Translations under genes and position numbers: made by a program
Virus record (IMG/VR): IMGVR_UViG_3300044846_005229
Coordinates: 62,001 to 126,000 of that record
Strand: one strand, 5' to 3'
DNA length: 64,000 bases
The notes under the pieces: generated by a model
Database searches by the model: none
What the model was told of the DNA's origin: nothing
What the model saw: only the letters and a program-made list of their open reading frames with translations
Part shown: positions 58,333 to 64,000 of the stretch, one piece after another
How the letters are laid out: each line of letters starts with the position of its first letter
Position numbering within the stretch: the first letter of the stretch is position 1

Positions 58333-58965
58333 TCAGGCAGCTAGGCCATTGGCAACAAATTGCTGTGACCGCCAGTGCTTGTTGGCACGAACATGGTTGG
58401 CACGAACAAACTTAGCCACTGACCTACCAAAGTCATCGTAATGAAAAGATTCAACAAGGCGAACGACGTAGCCTTCGGTTTGATCCGGGTTTAGGGTATC
58501 GCAGAGACTGCGGATTGCGAGTTCATTCCATTTCCCACCCCAGAGAACGGGTACAGGTTTTACTCCGAGCATAGAAAAATACTCTAAAGTGTCACTCCAG
58601 GGTAGGGCAATGTTGTGGCTATCCCATATGCTAAACCCATAAAAGTATGATTTCAGATCGGTGTATTGGACGCTATGGCAAGCCCATAGGTTCTCACCAC
58701 AGATTCGCCACCCTTCAGGGATTTCGCCACGGATCGAAGCCCATAATCGCTTCACCCATGCCCTGTCCTCACCACCTTTGCTGTCTAGGCTTCTGGCATG
58801 AATATGGTTGCGGTACATGGTCGTATTCTCACCGTCCATCTTTTCGGTCACAATCACTTGGCGGCCCCTAAAATGAGCGACCGAAGGCACAACCTTATCA
58901 TCGGATGTGGCGCCTAGGGACCACGGAAGATGCAAGGTGCGGGGATATTTGGTGTGGTTTTCCAT
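58333..58965 (-). CDS. ATP-dependent RNA ligase family protein
   Basis: KYPRT.HLPWS, TEKMDGEN (motif I), GEN, EGYVVR and AKFVR motifs. Confidence 0.82.
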   Translation of the reverse strand: MENHTKYPRTLHLPWSLGATSDDKVVPSVAHFRGRQVIVTEKMDGENTTMYRNHIHARSLDSKGGEDRAWVKRLWASIRGEIPEGWRICGENLWACHSVQYTDLKSYFYGFSIWDSHNIALPWSDTLEYFSMLGVKPVPVLWGGKWNELAIRSLCDTLNPDQTEGYVVRLVESFHYDDFGRSVAKFVRANHVRANKHWRSQQFVANGLAA

Positions 58966-59055
58966 TTTGACTTCGGTTTGTTGTCAAGGGCTTGCGTTGA
59001 TAGGGATACATAGGCATCATAGCTCCTTAAGCATTGTATAGGGCAAAAACCAAAC

Positions 59056-59760
59056 CTACATCCCCTCGGCCGTGTTTACACTAAGGTCTACACTAGGGAC
59101 AGCACCAGGGACAGCACCACTAGGAACATTAGCAGCTATCGACACAGCAAATGGCCTCGGGACATTGACACGCGGGGCAATACGTTCCCCAGTTACTGCA
59201 GCCTGTTGTGGTGCGGATGGGGTCATTGCCACGGTCGTAGGAATCGATGGCAATTGGGTAGGGGGTTGATATGGCTGATATGGCTGGTACGGTGGATACG
59301 ACCCTGATGTTGGCGCAGTTTGAGTGCCAATCGTATGCTGAGCATGTAGCGGATTAAATTCAGGTAGCGGGGCTGGAGTTGAACCTGGCGGGGAAATACT
59401 AATGATTAGCTCATTTAGACAATCAGAATATGGGGGCATTGCTCCCGTCGCCATGATGCGTTGGTTTAGGTTCTCCCGGCGGTTGTTAACCCAATCAGCA
59501 ACTAAAGCCGAAATCCGATCAGCCCAAAACTGTGCCTCTTCCTTTCCATTATCCTCGTCAATGAATGCCGCATAGATGGCCCCCCACAGGGAATCCGATC
59601 GCCTACGTTCCCTTTCTAGTTCCCCCATCAGGAATGCAACTTGTTCTTCTAGTTGGGAAATTCGGTCCTTGCTGTTTGGTTCGGTTGCCATCGCTGATGG
59701 TTTGATTGCTGAGGGTTCAGTCATTTCGGGTTGGTGGTTGGTGGTTGGTGGTTGGGCCAT
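59056..59760 (-). CDS. Hypothetical Pro-rich protein
   Basis: 234-aa ORF; coiled coil followed by low complexity. Confidence 0.5.
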   Translation of the reverse strand: MAQPPTTNHQPEMTEPSAIKPSAMATEPNSKDRISQLEEQVAFLMGELERERRRSDSLWGAIYAAFIDEDNGKEEAQFWADRISALVADWVNNRRENLNQRIMATGAMPPYSDCLNELIISISPPGSTPAPLPEFNPLHAQHTIGTQTAPTSGSYPPYQPYQPYQPPTQLPSIPTTVAMTPSAPQQAAVTGERIAPRVNVPRPFAVSIAANVPSGAVPGAVPSVDLSVNTAEGM

Positions 59761-59834
59761 TGATGCTTATAGACAGTAATTATCGTGCTGTTTCGCCGTA
59801 GTCATCACCGTAGTCGTCGGTTTTCAGGTTGATT

Positions 59835-60614
59835 TCAGCCATTGGCATCATCTAAAAGGCTACAAAATACGATTTGCCGCCATCTTGATACTAGCATATC
59901 TGCATATTGCTGTCGGGTAGGGGGATTAGATTGGGGGTCGTTATTTTCGTACAAACCTAATGCCCACGCATCGTTAAGTTCGACTAGACAATACCTGCCT
60001 AAATCACACCTCCACCCGATGTCCACCGTATATGCTCCTGGGGCACCATTGCCTCCCAATTCTTTCATTATGGCCTCAACCAACTCAAAATCAGGTTCGG
60101 GGCACTTCATGTTTGAATCATCGTATCGAGACCAACCCTGGACTTTACCACCACCAATGAAATCCTGAACATAGAAGCGAAACTCAGCTCCGAAAGGTAC
60201 GGCCTCGGAAATCCAAACTGGGGTGTCATTCGGTATGGAATCCGATGTCCCCATATCAAGGTGCCCCTTCACATTACCCGTGAACAACTTTATCTCAATG
60301 GGTTTGATAAAATCGGTTAGAGTCGCCTCACCATAAGTCCCCCTTCGGATAGTCCTCATTAGGAATTTGTCCAGATCACCATCGCAAATCCCATAGGAAA
60401 AATCATCAGGTAGCCGGATACCGACGTGATCACCATATGCCTTGGCAAACTCAACTGAGCCGACCGGGATATATCGGATTTTTGCTTCTTGGGGGTCTAG
60501 CTTTGTTAGTTCCTCCAATGAGCAATACCTGATAGGGTAACATGAAAAGCTGCAGGCTATTTTTTCTGTCGGTAGTGGCCCACCGGATTGAAGTAGGAAT
60601 GTTGGGTTTTTCAT
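59835..60614 (-). CDS. ATP-grasp domain protein (R2K / DUF4343-like)
   Basis: PVGSVEF, FIKP...KLFTG, EFRFYV, AYTVDIG and LVELNDAWALGLY motifs. Confidence 0.75.
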   Translation of the reverse strand: MKNPTFLLQSGGPLPTEKIACSFSCYPIRYCSLEELTKLDPQEAKIRYIPVGSVEFAKAYGDHVGIRLPDDFSYGICDGDLDKFLMRTIRRGTYGEATLTDFIKPIEIKLFTGNVKGHLDMGTSDSIPNDTPVWISEAVPFGAEFRFYVQDFIGGGKVQGWSRYDDSNMKCPEPDFELVEAIMKELGGNGAPGAYTVDIGWRCDLGRYCLVELNDAWALGLYENNDPQSNPPTRQQYADMLVSRWRQIVFCSLLDDANG

Positions 60615-60630
60615 TGCGGTTTGGGGCTGG

Positions 60631-61012
60631 TTATAAGGTTATTCTAGCAGGGTTAGTCCCGGTTGTCAATGGTGGCGGGGTCACATCGGTAATAAAATTG
60701 TGGGGCCAAGAAACTATTAGTGTACACATGGTATCACCTTTTTTTACAGTTTTTTTCTGAGACTTCGAAACCAAACTCTTTAAGGAGTTTCAAAGCAGTA
60801 GTCATAGATGGCTTTCTTATGGATGGGTCTCTTTCGCTCACAACAGCGTAGAGAGTAAATTCTACGGAACTGTCATGCCTGTGGTGGGCTTCTTTAACCA
60901 GGGTCCCAATATGTGAAAGCATTGAGCCCATCTCTCCCAAGCCCGCCAAAGACCAATACTCAATACTTCCAAGTTCTCTATAAGGGTCGATGTGGTTTGA
61001 TGTGATTGCCAT
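60631..61012 (-). pseudogene. Gene interrupted at an A7 homopolymer; paralogue of 52897-53339
   Basis: After EFGFEVSE, homology (TVKKGDTMCTL) continues only if one A is removed at 60750-60756. Confidence 0.55.
60641..60669 (-). promoter_or_regulatory. Sigma70-like promoter
   Basis: TTGACA-17nt-TAGAAT with extended -10 TG, 27 nt upstream of the ATP-grasp gene. Confidence 0.65.
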
Positions 61013-61568
61013 GTTGTTTATAGGGATGTTGAGGCTATAGGGTGGATAATACGAACATTATGCTTCAGGGTATGCCAACTCGCTATCTTCGGAAACTAAA
61101 TCCAACCAAATCGGCTTCACTTCACTAAAGAGGCTATTACTGGCTTCGATATTACCTTCCAATAGCGATAAATACGAATCCATTACCTTCTGGGAATATG
61201 CCTGCATTTTCTCTGAATGATTCATGGGGGGAGTATACTTAGCTGTAAAGAGGTTAAAAGTAATGACTTGGGTAGTTAATCGTCATTAAAAATTGCAAAA
61301 TCATACTGCCCTTTACCATCGATATGCGCCCTAAGCAAATCAATAACTGCCTGTAGGGACTCGGGGTTGGCATATGGCCCTGATGATCCGGGGGTTGCAT
61401 TGTACGCATCAACTAAGTCCCTACCAAGTTCAGTTAGGACGCGAGTTTGTTTTGCTTTGAAGTGTGTCATTTTGCCAGTTGCTGTCGGTCATGTGTCATT
61501 TTGCCATTTGTAATTTACTAGTTGCCAGTTGCCAGTTGCTAGTTGCCCAATAACGAATTACCCGTGCG

Positions 61569-62132
61569 TCAAGCATTGGCCCTCAGCATGTTGCAAAAAA
61601 TGCGGCCCTGTTCAATGGCATCATCCAAGGCAATGTGAGTATGGCTAGATTTTGGGGGAAACCATGCCTTTGGATAATTACGTTTTGTGGATTGCCGGTA
61701 AGGTCTCTTCAAGAGAGCCATAGCATATGTCTTGCCATCTAGGGCAGAGAAGCTAAATGGGGATTCCCCTGCGAATTTAATCATATACCAATACACGAAC
61801 AGGAAGTCAAAGCCTGCAGGAAACGCAACAAATACCGGTTTGCCACTTCCTGATAGTTCCTTTACCCACTTAACATATGCCACCATGGCATCAGCCGGTT
61901 CCTGCACATTTTCCCGGCACGCCGCCCAAGCCCCAGGTTGAGACTTCCACCATTCGGCAGTTTTGGGATCTGGTTTTGCCTCTGGCAATGTTTTTAAGTT
62001 AGCACTGAATGTCCCTAACAAAACACCATCCGAACTAAAAGCAGCTGACCCCAAAGATAACATACTGTGTGGGCCCGGGATTGGCCCGTCAGTTTCAACG
62101 TCGGTACTAAAATAGATTTCGTTATTGCTCAT
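61569..62132 (-). CDS. DEDDh 3'-5' exonuclease (Rv2179c/DUF5051-like)
   Basis: [21 protein letters not shown] and [10 protein letters not shown] motifs. Confidence 0.8.
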   Translation of the reverse strand: MSNNEIYFSTDVETDGPIPGPHSMLSLGSAAFSSDGVLLGTFSANLKTLPEAKPDPKTAEWWKSQPGAWAACRENVQEPADAMVAYVKWVKELSGSGKPVFVAFPAGFDFLFVYWYMIKFAGESPFSFSALDGKTYAMALLKRPYRQSTKRNYPKAWFPPKSSHTHIALDDAIEQGRIFCNMLRANA

Positions 62133-62262
62133 TGGTTGATGCTGATGGGTGCTTGTTGGTTTAGATTAGTGTTGGTTGGTATTGACATGCATTGGCAGGT
62201 ATTGGCAGGTATTGATAAGTATGATGGTCGTACCACAGGAAATACCAACCATCCGGCAACAA

Positions 62263-62589
62263 TTAGCGAGGCAAAATAAGGCGGGACTCTGGTTCGTCTT
62301 CGATTCGAATAGCCTCCTTGACGGTTAGATCGTTAGTCCCCTCAATCCGAGTGAATGATAAGGCATAGTTTCCTTCTTCAGCTTGAGATGCTACGGAGTA
62401 GAGACCAAGTGAGCGCATGAATAATTCATCTTGGGTCAGTCCCTCTCGTTCTGAGAGCGAATTAAAAGCTTCGGCAAAGTTAGCCGGTAAATTGATTGTG
62501 ACTTCGGTATGTTGTGGTTGCTGCGGTTGCTGTGGTTGCTGTGGTTGCTGTGGTTGCTGTAGCGCTTGTTCCGGGTTGTCAATTGTCAT
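62263..62589 (-). CDS. RHH-like protein with PQQ tandem repeat
   Basis: (QQP)n encoded by a 9-nt tandem repeat at about 62512-62561; VTINLP...F..LSEREGLT..ELF.R. Confidence 0.55.
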   Translation of the reverse strand: MTIDNPEQALQQPQQPQQPQQPQQPQHTEVTINLPANFAEAFNSLSEREGLTQDELFMRSLGLYSVASQAEEGNYALSFTRIEGTNDLTVKEAIRIEDEPESRLILPR

Positions 62590-62912
62590 TTGCTATTTGC
62601 GATTTGCGAATGGGTGTTGTTGTTGCCTAGGGTTGTTGTTGCCCAGGGTTGTTGTTGCCCAGGTAGACTACGGGTCGTAAAATAAAGGCAGGATGGCAAA
62701 CTTATGTCCGTTGATGACAGTGCATATCGAAGTTCGCATTCCAGTTTGTTAGCTTTCTCCTTGACCCATGCGTAATAGTCATCTGGTGTGGGTGCTCTAT
62801 CTTCATTGTCCTCCCAATAGCTTAGGAAATCATCAGTTGACCATGTGAAGTTTACTGATGTAAAGAGTTCCTGTACTTTGAATTCTGGCGTGCGACCATT
62901 CATTTCAGGCAC
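62586..62912 (-). CDS. Hypothetical protein
   Basis: ATGA overlap with the downstream gene. Confidence 0.5.
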   Translation of the reverse strand: MPEMNGRTPEFKVQELFTSVNFTWSTDDFLSYWEDNEDRAPTPDDYYAWVKEKANKLECELRYALSSTDISLPSCLYFTTRSLPGQQQPWATTTLGNNNTHSQIANSK

Positions 62913-63301
62913 GCAATGTCACGAAACGTTTTAGGTCCTGCTTTGGTATCCCTGGCGTTGGCTATTGCTTCGGTCTTAGTTACCGCTGACTCCACGGCTT
63001 TTGAGATTGACTGCGTTAAAATGGCGGTTAGTTCTGCGGGAGTCAAAGCTGTCGAGCCGGAAAATATGATGGCAGGTTCAATAACAACCGGTGCGGCAAC
63101 AACCGGGCTACCCGATGCAGCCCTCATTGCGCGGATAGCATCGAGAGCAGTATTATGATCGGTGGCACCTAGGCACTCCAAAAGTTCACCATAGTTCGTC
63201 TGAATTTCCTCAGCCGCATAGCATATACTGCGAACCCACCCCATTAAGTCAAAGTTTGCATCCTCAATACGCTGAAGAATCGAATCAAAATTAATGGTCA
63301 T
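62900..63301 (-). CDS. Hypothetical protein
   Basis: 133-aa ORF preceded by a poly-A tract. Confidence 0.5.
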   Translation of the reverse strand: MTINFDSILQRIEDANFDLMGWVRSICYAAEEIQTNYGELLECLGATDHNTALDAIRAMRAASGSPVVAAPVVIEPAIIFSGSTALTPAELTAILTQSISKAVESAVTKTEAIANARDTKAGPKTFRDIACLK

Positions 63302-63357
63302 TTTTTTTTTTTGAGAAAGTCATTGTCATTACCATTGTAACTACACCTGCCACAAAG

Positions 63358-63912
63358 TCAAGGTTCGGTTTCCACCCGGCAAACAATCAGTCGCTTGCCT
63401 CTAACTGCGATGATAGATGCCCGATCTGATTTTACCAGGTCCCTAAACCATTCTTTGACTTTTGCGGTTGGTAGCTGATGAGTTTTCGCGAACGTGGTTG
63501 CATTTACCCGGTGCGGTAACCCGAAGATACCTTCAAACATAGCAGGCAAACCTTTTGCATTGACTCTAAATAGATCCTCAGGTTGCCGTATGCCTAGTAC
63601 TGAGTTATAATATCGGATGGTGCTTGGTTTTAGGTTGGGGTTCTTTAAACCTAGTCTAGCCCGGATGAGTTCAGGATATGTCGCCACTTTGGTTCTACGT
63701 GGCCCTGGCCTAAACATTCCTCCACCACGATGGAATCTAACCACATATTCATTTTCAACCAACCAATTTAATGCGCTAGGCGTATACCCCTTGAATTTAC
63801 CAATTTGATTGGCATTCAGGGTAGAGTCTGCCAGCGGTGATCTAACCCATTCGAGTAATAGCGCTAGGGGGGCTAAGGGGGCCTCTGTTATTTTTGGGCC
63901 GTCCTGCCCCAT
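63358..63912 (-). CDS. Hypothetical basic protein
   Basis: 184-aa ORF. Confidence 0.5.
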   Translation of the reverse strand: MGQDGPKITEAPLAPLALLLEWVRSPLADSTLNANQIGKFKGYTPSALNWLVENEYVVRFHRGGGMFRPGPRRTKVATYPELIRARLGLKNPNLKPSTIRYYNSVLGIRQPEDLFRVNAKGLPAMFEGIFGLPHRVNATTFAKTHQLPTAKVKEWFRDLVKSDRASIIAVRGKRLIVCRVETEP

Positions 63913-64000
63913 GCTGCTTGTTAGCCGTGCAATTAGGGTTTACCCTGCACCCTGCTTCGGGGTTGCCGTCGGGATTGATCACCGCTGGTTAGGATTCTCA

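Noticed and set aside
61470-61550. Short repeats (tgtgtcattttgcca, gttgcca) as an origin or iteron set
   Set aside because: Too short and irregular; similar low-complexity leaders occur throughout the accessory region
1-64000. tRNA or rRNA genes
   Set aside because: No convincing cloverleaf or rRNA-like segment was recognised by eye; tRNAscan-SE or ARAGORN would be needed to exclude them

Overview
This window is part of a large contractile-tailed (myovirus-like) phage. The host is probably a cyanobacterium, inferred from DUF1517 and a cyanobacterial-type TyrS. Essentially all real genes are on the minus strand. Positions 1-29 kb hold virion genes: baseplate spike, baseplate J, two tail-tube paralogues, major capsid, decoration, gpF-like, Mu-like protease/scaffold, DUF935 portal, gp25, sheath, gpG-like and tail chaperone. 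Positions 29-37.5 kb hold a mitochondrial Pol-gamma-like DNA polymerase, GyrA/ParC, a free-standing HNH and a kinase. Positions 37.5-64 kb hold small accessory genes with expanded paralogue families and host-derived or counter-defence candidates. The main result is that the apparently non-coding, repetitive 5.8 kb at 10070-15850 is a single major capsid gene split into 14 exons (5-539 nt) by 13 group I introns. Manual splicing gives an uninterrupted 1056-nt frame (351 aa plus stop). The introns are combinatorial mosaics of shared peripheral modules. Two encode HNH endonucleases with a promoter-like element inside the ribozyme, and one ends in A instead of the canonical omega-G. All calls come from manual motif reading; no searches were run.
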